From positions 66,032,001 through 66,096,000 of the forward strand of contig CM059432.1 in assembly GCA_030390025.1 (NCBI GenBank): a stretch of DNA of 64,000 bases. Reading direction: 5' to 3'. Below the pieces are notes generated by a model. It was not told the origin of the DNA and did not search any database. It saw only the letters and a list, made by a program, of their open reading frames with translations. The stretch is from Squalus acanthias (taxonomy: Eukaryota). Each line of letters begins with the position of its first letter. The stretch's first letter is position 1. The translations under genes were made by a program, and so were the position numbers. Of the stretch, positions 25,655 through 39,671 are shown in pieces.

Positions 25655-25845
25655 GCGGAGGTGTCTATAGATGCATTTAAGGGGAAGCTAGATAAGTACA
25701 CGAGTGAGAAAGGCATAGAAGGTTATGCTGATAGGGTGAGATAAAGTAGGGTGGGAGGAGACACATGTGGAGTATAAACACCAGTATAGACTAGTTGGGC
25801 CGAATGGTCTGTTTCTGTGCTGTAAATTTTATGTAATTCCATGTC
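25655..25845 (+). mobile_element. CR1 3' terminal fragment
   Basis: Typical 3' UTR ending gggccgaatgg...ctgtgctgta. Similar fragments at about 22160-22270, 27830-28070 and 32805-32905. Confidence 0.75.
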
Positions 25846-26551
25846 TAGCCAAGGCTGCAATTTTTTCTTACAAGGAGTGAAGGGAATGCCCGAACAAATG
25901 ATGCAGTAACTGTTGGTAAGAATGAATGATACTTTTTATATTACCCTGCGACTAAGATAGCAACATTTGTTGACAAGAAGAGATTAAATATGCACAGATG
26001 TTCAAGGGAGTGAATTTCTGCAGGAGTTTTCCCAATCATCTGCCGTAACTTTGGCAGAAGAGCTGTGGAAACCCTGGGAGAATGGCATGTAACTGACGTT
26101 TCTGTCACTTTCCTGGGCTTTCCACAGCTCTTCTGCCGAAATGATGGTGGACAATCGGGAGAAACCCCGCAGAAATTCACCTCCCCACCTACCCCTGTCT
26201 CCATACAGCAGCTGTTGCAGTAGGGTATTCAGTTTCTAACCTGTAGATTTGAACCATAGTTATGACTGATAATAAAACTCACCTGTCCTGACTGAGCAAG
26301 TTTCATCAATTGCCAGCCACTAAATGGAGAACTACATGGCAGTAAAGCACTCTATCTCTGAGGGAAAAAAGATATAGCAGGACCAATTCCACCCACATCC
26401 TATCATACAGCAGCACTGACATTGGCCACAAGAAATCCAGGTCACGGCTGTGCCAGTTGAAAAAGACAATAAGGATGCAGAGCAGCTCAAAAAGAAGAAA
26501 TTAATTTTAAAGAGTGAATTGAAAATTGTTCTTTCAAAAAAGGCTGCTTAC

Positions 26552-27367
26552 CTCTGCTGGAGTAATTATTTCGGATGCCAATATCAATGATTTTGCAATG
26601 TTGCCTTTCTGCAGTTAGCTTCTCTAGTAAGATCCTTTCATTTTCTTTGTGTGTTCCCTTTATGATGTATCCCTGCTCTGCCTGCAGAGCAATAGCCTGT
26701 TCCAGGAGACTAAGGTTCCCCTTTGTTGTGTCAAAATCTTCTGAATCTTCTGTGGTTGTGGATATCTGAGAAGTGCAGTCGTCATCAGTCTTTGGAGACC
26801 CCATCTTACTGATAGAAATGTCTGGCTTTGAATTTTGTGCTTCTCCAATATTGTTAACTCTGTTCTGGTAGGCAGTCTCTTGTTGGACAACCTCTGTCAT
26901 CTCAATTTCCTTCCCTCTTGCTTCTAAAATATCTCTAGGTTTACAGCCCACGTTACAAACTTGGACTGCAATTGGTTTGAACTCGCTCATGTTGGAAGGT
27001 TTTGATAAATCTTGGGGCTGGTCACAGCTATCGTAAATATTTTCAGAAAGTATTTGATTATTTTCTCCACAGGAATAATGTAGTACCATTTCTTTCTCAC
27101 ATACAGGTGTCTTATCATTAGTTAAAATTTCAGTTGCATGACTTTCATCTGCATCACTTTCTCCCTCCAAAGACTGTACCCCACTGTCATTTAAATTACT
27201 TTCAGTGGATCTCTGTATTGCTGCATCTTCTGCTATTTTCCCCAGATCTTGAAGTGATTTAGCTACAAGCTCTTGATAGCTGTTAAAATCATCACTATTA
27301 TTGTTGGTATCTTTCTCTGGAAGGTCCATTTGAGGATTTTCATGTGCTGAATGCAGAAGTCTGTTTT
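26552..27367 (-). CDS. ST18: ST18 large acidic coding exon (816 nt)
   Basis: Inside ORF 26487-27434. Acceptor gttttctag, donor G|gtaagc. Motifs YQELVAKSL, NLNDSGVQSL and KGNLSLLEQAIALQAE match ST18/MYT1L. Phase 1 to 1; the acceptor was chosen by phase. Confidence 0.92.
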
Positions 27368-28919
27368 CTAGAAAACAAGCAAATTGTTTGAAAGTTTTTT
27401 TCAATAAACTACTCTGTGATGGTTTGCTTTGCATTTTGTTCCTTCATCTCCTGAAAATGCTAATTATTGCTGGTACCTTGCATAAGTGGCTAGTCTTCAT
27501 GCATTAGCCTTGTCAGTGAATGTTATCATGCTATTCTACCACTGTAGGCACCACAGCCAAGCCTCATTCTGTCTTCACCCAGCACCCACACACATGGTTA
27601 GTGATCAAGAACAAGGACCAAGGCTGATTTTTTTTTTCTAACCTTAGGCTCAGGGCACCGAGACTAATTGTAGCACTCCAAAACCACCATTGTGGCTGTG
27701 ATCAGCCAACTCGGCATAGACTGGGGAGGGAAAGCCTGATCTGCATGGCCCAGTACCCACACAGGATAGCACATTTATCCAATCATTCATTGGAGGAGAT
27801 CCATTTTCAAATGATTGGTAATTCATTAGAACAAAGAAGACTAAGAGAACATCTGATGGAGCTGTTCAAAATTCTGAGGGTTTTTTTATTAAGGTAAATC
27901 AGGAATAAACTATTTCCGCTGGTAAGATCAGCACAAAATGAACAAAGAGAGAGGTTAGGAACATTTATTTACACAGAGGATAGTTAGAACAGTGGTGGAC
28001 GCAGAATCATTACTAGCTTATAAAAGATAAGTGGATAATTATTTGGAAAAGAGAAATTTAAAAGAAAAATTCAGTTGATCTCCTGTGGCGTTGCAAATGG
28101 GAATTGAAGATTATAAGTGTCATCTTCAGGTGAAGTGGAATTAGAGGGCCAGGGATATTTGGAGCAGAATATGCAGGTGTAATTCAGTCCCTTTTTTTAA
28201 ATCAGACATTCTATCCTTATTCATATAATACTTTTACTTGCTATTATTTAAAATACAATAGCAAAGTTTCTCCTCAGTACAGGCTGGGCAGCTGGAAGAT
28301 TTGGTAGGCAATGTTCCCTCTAATTTTTTTTGGCCCACGCGGCCCTTTTAATGGGCTGCACGGGCCAATCAAAATTCCGTGCATGCGCGATTTTTCTATT
28401 TAAAAGCTGGCTCACATGGCCGCGCAGCTTAACTTAAACATTGGTGGTGTGAGGGTGTAATCAGAGCGTGATAAATCTACGTAGGCAGTTCCTGTTCTAA
28501 ATGTGGACATAGGAATTTATAATGGAACAAGTTTATATAAAAGTGTCACAAAAACATGACAACAGAATGTGAGATTTTGTAGAGAGGATGGCTGTAATTT
28601 TTACCTTTGAGACGCGCTGGCAGTGGGGGAGCCCTGGATCCGTCGGGAATCCGGAAGTTGGCGAGGTGCGTTTTGAAGTGGCTTTTTAACGAAGCCACTG
28701 CAATTAAATCAGACTTCTGGGCTTCCTGAACAATTAACAGAAGCGGGTGTGATGACGTTACGCATGACTCCAATTCAACTGAGGTATTTAAAGGAACAAT
28801 GCACAGATGACAGTTGAAGGTTGGTGGAGATGCAAGAGAGGTTGTTGGGGAAGAGAGTGGATTGTGTTAAGACTGAGTTGCTTGTGGGTAAAAAAAATTA
28901 TATTGCTGAATAATAAAAA

Positions 28920-30722
28920 ATGCAGGCTCAACGCCAAAAAGCTGCCCAAGATTCAGCGATGCCTCCCTGGAACTCCTGCTCCAAGGAGTCAGGGCCTGCA
29001 AGGACATCCTGTTCCCTGCTGACAGGAGCAAGAGGCCAGCTGTTGTGACCAAGAAGGCATGGCTGGAGATCTTGGCAGAAGTGTGGTAGCCAGGTCGTGG
29101 ATCTAGCACAGGAAGCACTTTAATGACCTCATGAGTTCAGGAAAGGTGAGTGCAATGCCACATTCAACTACATCCTGATGTGCGTGTCAACCCAACCCCC
29201 TCACTCTGCCTTCCCAAGCCTACTCCTGCACATCACTCCTCACACCAACCTATCCTGCGGGTGCATCCATCCCTCTCTGTCTATGCACTTCCGCACATCC
29301 CCATCTGAACATCAACCACTGACACTCACCCTCATCTTAATGCAATGTCACACCTCTCCCTCATAGTCACCCTCTACAGATCTTGTCCATCCATCCCTTC
29401 CACTCATTCCCTGACTCTCACTCAAAGGTCTCTTGGTTCCCTCCTTGCAGGAGAAGAGAGCACAGAACACCCGGGAGAGGCAAACAACTAGAGGTGGCCC
29501 TCCAGTAATGATACCACTGACTGCAACAGAGGAGGAGATGCTAGAGATAAGCAGTGTTGCGGAGCTGCTGGCAGTGGGAGATGGAGAGAAGCTACCTGAT
29601 GACAGAATTACATATCACACAACCACATGGCATACAACAGTCACTTGTGTTGACTTGATGTCAGCAGCCAGTGAAATATTATCATGTGCATAATGGTCAC
29701 TTAAAACATTCTTATCATAACAGTTCTAATTCATGTCTTTACTCTCCCACTGGCCCATCACGTTCCCCCAGACAGTCCAGCCAGAGGAGGAAGAAGACTC
29801 CTCAGAGGAGGTCACGGACTCTGAGGGTGCACCGTCACAGGACCCATGCACACCAAGCACCAGCGCAGACACACAAATGTCGGTGGGTCCACTAAATCAC
29901 AAAGTAGTGTTATCTCCTGGTGTCTCACACATCACATGTGAACAGGAGCAGATGGTGGAGGCAGGAACAGCAGTGGAGAGTCCTCATCGGAGGGCACAGG
30001 ACACTTCAAGCACTGCTTAGCTGAACAAAGATGCTGAACCTCTGGGGCTATCAATAAAGCGGATGATTCTGGAGGAGCACCAAAAAATGTGGGAGTTCCT
30101 GGCAGTATTTCCAGCTGCAATGTGCTCGTTTGCAGGGAGAATGGAGGAGTACATCTCCAGCATGACTCCCATGATGTTGCAGGTGATGGCTATGATGTGT
30201 TCGTTCATGGAAAGGGTAGCCACCTGCATGGAGCATCAAACGCAGCATTCAAGCGAGTACATGATTGTTCTGATCAACAGCTTGCACACACTGAATGCCA
30301 CCTTATCTAGGATGGATAGAAACCTAAACTTGACTGTTCATCACCCCACTGATGTGCAGCAAAATGCTCTCCAGCTCCTTGCTAGCAGGAAAGTGTGGGT
30401 GGGCCGAGAGAGGAACGATGGTGAAAGGGGACACATTGAAGTGTGGACCCTGCTTAAAGCGCTCCCACTTCTCCCCCGTTGCCCCCCCTCAGTCGGAGCC
30501 CCACATGCTGCCTCATGTCCCGATGCTGAGTCTGCCCCTGCACAGGTGCAGGAGGAGCAGTCTTTGGTGGGGCCCTCACAGGCTCCAAAACCCAGAGGAC
30601 GTCGGCCAAAAGTATCTCAGCAGTCAGAGCAGGGAAGTGAGCAGCCTGTCTCTACCTCTGCTGAAGTCACAGGGGTTGCATGGCAAAGAATTGGCAGGAA
30701 GAGGAGGATGAAAGAATTCTAG
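28920..30722 (+). pseudogene. Harbinger Myb/SANT-like DNA-binding protein gene (intron-containing, disrupted)
   Basis: MQAQRQKAA, then a frameshift, then RFSDASLELLLQGV...ILFP...AWLEI...RKHFNDL. Donor AAG|gtgagt at 29145, acceptor ttgcag at 29450, then EKRAQNTRERQTTRGGPP. Acidic exon near 29750 and a basic C-terminus. Confidence 0.82.
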
Positions 30723-31012
30723 ATGCACAAGGGTATGCACATGGGTGTGCTACAAAATTGTTAAGTTTCTGTTTACTTTTTGAGCAACATAAAATTATTT
30801 GTTTGCACCACTTTCCTGTCTTGTCCATTTTTGCCTGCTGCTTGGCAAGTGGCCTTGTCAGTTGGAGTGAATGGTAAGACATGACTTTGAGCAACGGGTG
30901 TGTGTGACAGGAATGGGTTTGGTCATTGTAGGACTGCTTTGTGGTGGGGGGTGGGTGGGGGGGGGAAGTTGGTTCAGCATCTGGGTGCCATTTGGGTGCA
31001 CTGGTGCAACCT

Positions 31013-32219
31013 AACTAAATCATGCCATTATGGGGTCATCCCAGGCATCCCAGGCAGCAATGTGCGCCGCTGATGGTGCCATTTCCACTTCAGTTTCCTC
31101 CTCCTCCTCATGTTCCTTCTCTTCCTCCTCCTCCTCCTCCTCCAAAGAGGCTCTGTGCTCTGCGCCTTGCTCCTCCAGCAGCTCCAATCCTTGCTACTGC
31201 ACTTTGTTGAGCAGAGCGCAGCATACCACGATCATTTTGGAGACCCTGGCTGGCACGCATTGAAGGGCTCCTCCAGATCTGTCCAGGCATCTGATGCGCA
31301 TCTTCAGCATCCTGATTGCTTGCTCTATTACACATCTCATCATCATTTGGCTTTGATTATAACGCTCTTCGGCCTCATTGCTTGGCCTCCTCAATGGTGT
31401 CATCAGCCACATCTTCAGTGGATACCCCTTGACTCCAAGCAGCCACTGGTACGTCTGGTCGGAGGTGCGAAGTGCTGAGGGAGGTTGGACTGACGCAGGA
31501 TGAATGAATCATGAAAGCTCCCTGGCAATCTGGCACACGCCTGCATGATGATCTTTTTGTGGTTGCAGACGAGCTGCACATTAATGGAGTGGAAGCACTT
31601 ATGGTTCATGAACACTCCTGGGTGATCTGGGGGCGCCTTGATGGCCACATGTGTGCAGTCGATAATGCCCTGCACCTGTGGGAAGCCAGGCAGAGCCACA
31701 AACTCGAGTGCCCACTCATTCTGACTGGCTTCATTAGTGGCAAAGTTTACATAATTGCCTGCCCTGGAAAACTTGGCATTGGTCACCTGGGTGATGCATT
31801 TGTGGATGGCCAACTGCAAGATCCTGCAAATATCAGTTGCAGATCCCTGGAAGGAGCCTGAGGTGAAGAAGTCGAGGGCGGTGGTGACTTTGATGCGTGT
31901 CCACCAGGTCCACTTGGCAGCAGGTCTTCTTCCAGAAAGCTACAAATATCCGCCACGACCTGACACGATACCCTGAGCCTCATGAGGCATTGGTGTTCAG
32001 TCATGTCCAGGAAGCTGATCCTTTGCTTATATACCCTGTGTTGGGGGTATCGCCTCCTGCGAGGTGCACCCCTGCACTCATCCCCTCTCTCCTGTGGAGT
32101 GGCAGTTCGGTGAGGAGAAGGCTGCTGTGCTCCTGCTGGTGCTGCTGGTGTTGTTGCTGCTGGGGCTCATCTTGGTCCTCGTATGAGGTCCAAGGTGAAA
32201 CAGCATAAGCAACACCCAT
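31013..32219 (-). pseudogene. Harbinger (HARBI1-like DDE) transposase, frameshifted
   Basis: [49 protein letters not shown] and CCAL; Q-rich N-terminus and acidic tail; split over several frames. Confidence 0.93.
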
Positions 32220-33652
32220 GCTGATCGGATATTTGACAGATGTAAAGTGGACATCAGAAGCACCATCCTCCAATGTAGTGCGAGTGACCTCCAATGTAGT
32301 GAGAGTGACCTCCAAAGTTGTAGAAATCACCTGCAAACTCCTGAAAGCAAACTCTCAGAACAAGTGGTGTCAGCAAAAGCCTTTCCCTTAGGCAAGGAAG
32401 CAGGTGTGAGGTCTGAGTATTTATCTGATTTTTTTAATGTTATTTGTTCAACTCCCTCAATTGTCGCTGTGCTCTCACCTTACTTTCACTGGCGAGGTTC
32501 AGCAAGCCCAGGAATGCTGTGGACTGCCAGTAAAAGCTCTAACAACAAGTAAAAAAGGCTGTTAATAGCCTCTTAACTATCTCTTAATTGGTTTAAATAG
32601 GTAAGCTGCCACTCCCGAGAGAGTTTCTCGCACGCTGCCTAACGTGCTCGAGTTAAAGGTGAAGCCGACGAATTGAAGATGGCTTCCGGACGCACTGTCA
32701 ATTTCAGCACTTTTAACTACCCACCCACTCCCAAACCCACTCACTCTTTAATGTTAAAATTCAGCCCGAAGTGTGCACACTTGTAAGATTTTTAGTATAT
32801 TATATAGATGGGGAAAGGGCAGGGCAAAATGGACTATGTGGATAGCTCTTACAGAGAGCTGGCATTGGTGGGATGGGCCAAATGGCTTCCCCTGTGCCGG
32901 AAAATTGTAGGACTCTGTTACTATTATTACAGCTAATTAATATCAAACAAGCATTATGGCTAATAAAGGTGAGAGTAAGGTACTTTTTATAGCTCATCAT
33001 ATTCTATCATATATTGTATTAAAAGACAAATGTGAATTATGGGTCAGTAGCTTGTAATGGTACATTTTATGTGTTGTGATACATACACCGAGATTAAACA
33101 TCTGAATCGAAAGTAATCATTGTTGTTTCACCCTCAGAAATGTTTTTTTTAATGTTTTTAGCATACTAGTAGGCAAGAGAAAATAAATGCAGCTGTAATT
33201 CTTATTTGGAATTAGCAAATACTATGCAAAAATATCAATGTGTTAAAAATCAGTATACACATGAAAAAAAAACAGAATTATATTTGCTTGTGCATGATTC
33301 ACTGAATTGTTTTTCAATCTACTAGATTGGCCAGATCTGTACATTACTAATGGAAGGATTTTACCTAGTAAAAGCACTAGAAAGCAACAATTACTACAGT
33401 TGCTAAGTTACGCAGCTCTGATCTATCCCCATTAGCCACAGAGCACTGGAAGTGGTGAAAATGCATGTTTACATTACCATGTCTTTTTTTATTACACTCC
33501 TGAAAAACATCATTGAAAAGGGGCATACGTCATTAGAATATTGTTAGATTATACATTGATCAGCCTGTTTAGACTTGCTATATGTTTAAAGAACTTATTT
33601 CTAAAATAGCTCTTGGACTGTAATATGATCTGGGATATTTTTGTTGTAATAC

Positions 33653-33855
33653 CTAACAAGTGGCTGTTGTTTTCCACTTCATCCGTCTGTGTCAGAATCT
33701 CATCAGAATCTTTACTCTCTTTGCTTTCTTCTTCACAGTCCTTGCTGGGACTGTAGTGACGGGGTTTCATCAGGAGGGATTTTCTCTTGTTTACCGATGT
33801 TCCAATTTCATGTTCCTGCATCTTTCTCTTTTTTGCCACAGAACAGCTATGTGAA
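33653..33855 (-). CDS. ST18: ST18 coding exon (203 nt)
   Basis: Acceptor ctctttaaag, donor G|gtatta. Encodes SHSCSVAKKRK...VNKRKSLLMKPRHYSP, a motif characteristic of ST18. Phase 2 to phase 1. Confidence 0.93.
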
Positions 33856-34815
33856 CTTTAAAGAGGAAAAAAAGGAACAAATAAATATATTTTTGTTTGC
33901 AAAATAACAAGGTATACAAATAATATGACTTTTGAATAATACTGCAGAGCATTGCTGGATTGTCAGAATGGAGAGAATCTCTCCCTGCCTATGTGGACTG
34001 CTAAGTGACAGCAGAGGCATATTAAACAGTGGCTGTTTGGCAGTGAGAATTATCAGTAGGCCCATATTGATGGTACGAAGGGAAAGTAAACCACCTTACT
34101 TAATTCTGTTCGGTCATATTGTTCTTCATTGCAGGTAGTTGTGTGTGAATGCTAAAAATATATACGTGCATGTTAATGAGTACCAAGGCATGGTAGATTT
34201 ATGATACTTTATGGTGTCTGATATTTATTCACCTTGCAAGAGAAGCTTTGATGTAATCACACATTCTGAGGATGGGTTGGGATGAAGGGCAATCGAAATC
34301 CCCCTTGGTAAATTTAATCTTATGTTTAAAAAATTAACATAGATTTAAGATTTGTCTCTTTATAATTCATTTATAATTCAGAACAACATATAAATTGCCC
34401 CTTCCAGTTTATATGCCACATGTGAATCAATATTATCATAGCGCACTGTTGGAAACTATTTTAGTTAATCTGTAGTATACTAAAGAGTATCTCTTAATGA
34501 TAATTTTACAAAATTTATATACAGAGCAAATAATATTCTGGCATTCGACTCAGTTTGAAGCTCAAGCATAAAGACATATTAAAAGAATTGACTCTGAATT
34601 TGTAAAGATAGGAATGTGTGTAATATGCTAACTCTATGTAAAAATAACCTTGTAAATTTATGATCTGGATTAGTACCAGGCCAGGGTCAGATCACTTTCT
34701 CTTTCTGTAAGTTACTTTCTCTCTGCAATGAACAGGTCTACTTAATGTAAAAAAAATCTTATTTCGTGCTGTTTCATTTTCTCATTATTTGACTACATCA
34801 TGGCTGTGGAAATCT

Positions 34816-36232
34816 GGGCTGAATTTTGCCGGTGCTCAAAGTGCGGGTTTGGAGGCGGGTCCGCAGTCAAAATCACAAAGATTGACAGCGGGCCGGTATC
34901 CCGCTCTGGACCCGCCTCCTTGTGAGTTTCCCTAGTGCCGGTTCTGCCTGCGCTTTGCAGACCCGGCACTCAGCGGCGGGTCATTCAATTGTGCTAGTTA
35001 AGAGAGTGTTTAAAGCAATTTAATCACCATTTTACCAGGTACAAACCATTTTCCCACGTTTTCCACGCGGTTCATGCTGCTCGGGGATCATGCCAGGTAA
35101 GTGTGTCGGGTTCTGCACAACTCTCCATTTCTTTGAATAGGTGAAAGCAACAAAAGTGGTATAAAACCTACCATTTTACAGCTGTTCACTTCCAAATCTT
35201 AAAAGCTGGAGCATTAATGATTTGGAATACACTTTTGAGCTTTATGCACTTTTGAAGTGTTTGGAGTAATCTCTCTATCCACTGTCACCTCCTTGGAACA
35301 ACCTATCTCAACACTGACAGATTACGTCTGTCATCTTAACCTCACCTGCCATCTATTCCAACAGCATCGGTGCCCTTGAAAAAATCTCACCTTGGTCCTC
35401 AGAATCCCAACAAGATCAGCCCCAACACCAGCATCACTGGGCACACCAGCAGCACCAACATCCACACCAACCTTCTCCGCAATCAACTGATGTTACACTG
35501 GTAACAGTGCATCATCACCCGTGCACACTGCTGCCAGCGATGGCCTCACCATGTCCAGATTTGCTTCATTTAACACTGTACACCCTGGCTGCCACATGAT
35601 GCACCAGGTTGGCACCAGCCCACACTAGCACCATAAAGCATCCCTACAACGTCCAAGCCATTCCTTTCACACTCATCACCATTGGCGTGGGTGGTGGGGG
35701 GAAATGTTATGTCTCACCATTCACTGGAACTCACTAAGAATCTTTCAAAGGTGCACACAAATCTGTCCAAGAAGGCAAAGTGGTGACAATAAGGATTTCA
35801 ATGCTTGACAACACATTAACAGAAACTTTACATGAACATTGGGTAAAACACCCAAGTGCCTACCCTTGTGTGTTGTTAGTTGGTATGCTTGCACTAGGAT
35901 GAGGGTGAGTGTGAGGGGTGGCTAGTGAGATGGGGAAGTGATAATATAGATAGAGAGGGATGGGTGGAGGTGCAAGGTAAGTTGGTGTGAGTAAGGATGT
36001 GCAGGAGTAGGGTAGGGAAGGCAGAGTGATGGGGATGTGATGAGTGGCACAGGAGGATGAGGTTGAGTGTGGCTTTGCAGTAATGTTTCATGATCTACTG
36101 AGATCATTGAAAGGTTTGTGCCACTGAAGCCAGGTCATCCTGACAACATCCCTGCTTGTGTCCTCCTGTGCAATATGCAACCAGGTTGCGTTGGTGTCCT
36201 GGGGAGGTCTCTTCTGCCCATGGGAAGGGAAA
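34816..36232. mobile_element. Second copy of the Harbinger deletion derivative (truncated in the Myb domain)
   Basis: TIR gggctgaattttgcc. 35410-36230 is collinear with 7315-7699 plus 8197-8638. Confidence 0.85.
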
Positions 36233-38049
36233 AATAACTGATTACCGCCACTTCTTGGTTTTAACCTTCCTATTTATATGGTTTTGGTCTTGATTTTTTT
36301 TCTCCTTATTTTAAAGAATATAAAGTAATCTCCTTACAAAAAATGTGATGTCTTATCCCATAAATACCCTTTAAAAATCTATTTTGTCAGTATTACTTTG
36401 TGGTTGTGCTTCCCGAGAACTCTTGTTACAGAGCGATGTTTGTTCTCACTTACTGCATTTCTGTATTGTTATTTTTAACTTTAGCCTATAGGTTCCACCC
36501 TGGCAATGATCGCTAGAACTCACTTTTAGGTTATTTATTATTGCTGACAGACTCAAGGCCAACGCTATGCACATAGAGCAAAGGGGAAATTACAGGATGG
36601 GGTCTGCAAGAACTCCTCAGAGCCAGGTCACACTAATGTGGAATTTTAAATCATCAGTTTTCACTCTATCTGGATCAAAGCCAATGCTTCACCCTTCTAG
36701 TAAATTCATCCAACAACAGAAATCGTGTGGACATATTAGGGTGGATTTCCTTCTTCCCTGCTCCCAAATAGCACCCAAAAAATGAGTGCACCACAGAGGA
36801 ACAATGGGCGGCCAAACTTCCTCTATGCTTTTTGCACCTGATTGAGTTTGAGGAGGTTTTTGAAATTTAAATTATATGCAAATTGGTGTGCAATAGTTCT
36901 ACACACAGATTTCCTCTAATAGCGTGTGATGCAGATCTCGGGCAGTCTACTGCCATTTCCTGAGCTGTCATTTAGGTCTTTTTGGGCTTAAAGTGACAGG
37001 TATTATTAAGAAAGAGCTTTATGTTTTGCTTTTTGAATAAAAGTTGGTTTTGCTGTATCAGAACTCACTGCTGAATACTGGTAGTCTCATTCACTTAGTG
37101 ACAGAAGCAGTGTTCAGTAGAGTGCCAACTCCCTTTTGCAAAATGGCTCATTTCGAGGCAGACAAGGGGAAACAATTACAAGCTACCCTGACGACTGGTG
37201 AAAAAAAATTGCCTGGCCCTGTCCTGAGCCAGGAACAAGGGTTGCCCTGCCACGGAGCAAGATTCCTCCCTCCCCTCACCAAGCAACTATGCCACTCCAC
37301 CATGAATAGTAAGAGAAATCTCACAGTCAAACCAGCACGCTCCTTCTATTGCTGCACCATCATTCTTCACACCCACACTTGTTTTCCTTCACCTACTTCT
37401 GATCACTGTGGTGCTACCCTTTTACCAACTCTTTCTAAGGTAAACTGCACCGTGCCCACACTCCTGCTTGGGGTCCTGCTACCATCCCAAGGATGGCACA
37501 GCAGCACACATACATTCACAGGGGATGGCACATTTAAATAAACTACAATGCCACTGACATGCAAATTTCAATTTCTGGCTGGCCAAAATTAGTCTCAACA
37601 CTCTCCAATATTTGTCAGCAGCTGACAATTCTAAAATTCACTATTCCATACCCCATCAAACAGCCTCAATACCACAAGAATCATTTTTTTCCTCTGGGAC
37701 ATCCATTGCGCCAGCTCCTTTAAGGTGTCAGCTGCTTTTAAGGTCCAGGGATTACCCATAATTCCTGTTCCCAACCTGCCTGCACCCTTGTGTGTGCCCG
37801 GTGCGCTCCAGGATTATTTAAATTAAGCCCAACAGGAAGTGGCTCTGTTTGCTCCCCAATGGCGAGCGTACGCAGGATTCTCTGGCCACATGGGACAGAC
37901 GGGCACCAGAGATGGATCCATAGTGCACCAGTACACACTGGCCCCGTGCAAATGAGGCAATCTCCTGATGATCCTGCAAACTCTAGTCGGGTCAGTGCTG
38001 GAGGCCACTGGTCAGCACAAGCTTGGTTCAATGTCTATGGTCATAGCCC

Positions 38050-38565
38050 GTGAATTTTCAGGGCTAGTATGTTCATGGCATGCCCAAATCGTGAGGCACA
38101 AAGCTCACCTAAATTGGGCCTCAGGCCCCATTCCAATAATTCGGGCGAACTGTAGCTCGACCATTTCCAAGGGATCAATTTTGGGCCAACTGTCTTGCCT
38201 GCAGCGGCCCTTAGGTACGTCTGGGAGGGGGAAGGATAACAGGAGGGTGACTGATCGTGGGCCAGCAGTGGCCCTCAGGAGTGCTGTGGAGCTGGGAGGA
38301 GCATTCTTGCTGCTCCTGGCACCACATCAAGAAGCTAAACAATTTTTTTTTACTTACCTTTTATGGTGACTTGCTGGACTGCATCCATGACAGAAAACCC
38401 GAAGCAAAGCAGGACTGGCAGGGCAGCCCAGTTTAGCTGAGGGGTCCTAAAACAGGTTTTAAGATAATGCCTGTTTTAGGTGGCCACCAGAGACATTGAC
38501 TGACCCCAGCACCTTTAGAGCGTAGCACCACAAAAATTGGGCTTGAAAAATGGGTACAACAAGGA
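38050..38565. mobile_element. Decayed non-autonomous DNA element, related to 63636-64000
   Basis: Shares the motifs cctaaaacagg...gcctgttttag, aaaattgggc and gctcctggc with the element at the window end. Confidence 0.5.
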
Positions 38566-38618
38566 CCAATAAATATTTTGAGCTTGGCTATGGCTTCCTG
38601 TATCTTCCTTGCTCCTTG

Positions 38619-38619
<1 letters not shown>

Positions 38620-38652
<33 letters not shown>
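38620..38652. repeat. (CT)n microsatellite
   Basis: Direct reading. Confidence 0.95.
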
Positions 38653-38656
<4 letters not shown>

Positions 38657-39671
38657 CTGTACTGATAATTTGGAATGTCCTCTTCAGCCATTTTGAATTG
38701 CTTAAATGGTTCACACTTTACAAAGAGGTCTTACATACTATTTGCCTTCATTTAAGATGTGGGTCCACATGAATCATTGTCTGCATATTAACAGTTACTG
38801 TACTTAAAGTAATTCATTGTATCTGAAATGCTTTGAAATGTTTTTGAGAGATAAGGTGCTATATAAATGCAAGATTTTGCATGTGGCTGTGTTCTGAGCT
38901 GATCAAATGGTGTACCTTATTGGTTCTCACAGCAATAACTGAAACAAGCTCTCTTGCGGGGACAGGCCAGTGCAAGAATCCGAATTGATGTCAATGTGTT
39001 AAATGCCTTTTCCGTGCGCAACAGGAAAGCAAGAAACTGAGTAACCTACAATTGTGTCCAAATTTGCCTTTGTATACAACGCATACTGCAAAAGTATACT
39101 TAACCATGTGCTAATAAGAGTGATACCATGCCCATGTGCTAATTGGCTGATAGAAGGAAATAATCTTTTGGTGAAAAGTAAATGGATGAAACAAGCTAGA
39201 AGATACAATTTTCAGGTTAAAAGTGACCTGTATGATAGAACAACTGAATAATGAACTGTTTAGTACACTGGTCTGTGCTGATATTAAGACCATGCTCTAA
39301 CTCCTGAAGCTACAATTTCATTGGCTGGCACTACTAGTCTTCTTATTAAAACATATGTTGCTACATTCTGCTCATTAAGGTAGATGCCTTTAAACTGACT
39401 GCCAAAATATACTGTCAATTTATTCTTTTTTAATTTTGCTCGGAAGTGGTTTCTTATATTAGCAATAAATTTAGAAAATAAAAATAAATAAATGTTGGAA
39501 TTAACAGCTGATTAAATATAGCTGGCGTTATATCCATTCTTATTGGCTAGCATAATTTATTGGGGTTATTATTCGCCAAAGATCTGTTCTTTTTCTAGTA
39601 CTTTAGGGATGTAAGTCTTTTCATGATAGAGTTTGCAATCAATTCCATGCTCTACAATGTCCTATACATCC

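Larger units (their letters stand above)
28590..32767. mobile_element. Full-length but decayed PIF/Harbinger DNA transposon with two convergent genes
   Basis: Ends ggctgtaatttt / aaaattcagccc with flanks GAT/GAA. Myb/SANT gene on +, DDE transposase on -. Confidence 0.92.

Noticed and set aside
27368..27451. Upstream acceptor at 27450 or ATG at 27434 for the large exon
   Set aside because: That acceptor is out of phase and meets a TGA, and recognisable homology begins at 27367.
28310..28443. hAT-like MITE (caatgtt...aacattg)
   Set aside because: The TIR is only 7 bp and the 8-bp flanks match at 5 of 8 positions, which is insufficient.
33478..33499. Possible 22-nt exon (tttcag|GAGTGT...CATG|gtaatg)
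   Set aside because: It gives a stop codon in the phase set by the upstream exon and would shift the frame.
38358..38388. Minus-strand ATG GAT GCA...AAA G|gtaagt (MDAVQQVTIK) as the ST18 start exon
   Set aside because: It lies downstream of the 31-nt exon, inside a repeat, lacks RTRSKG, and its phase 1 does not fit the acceptor at 33855.
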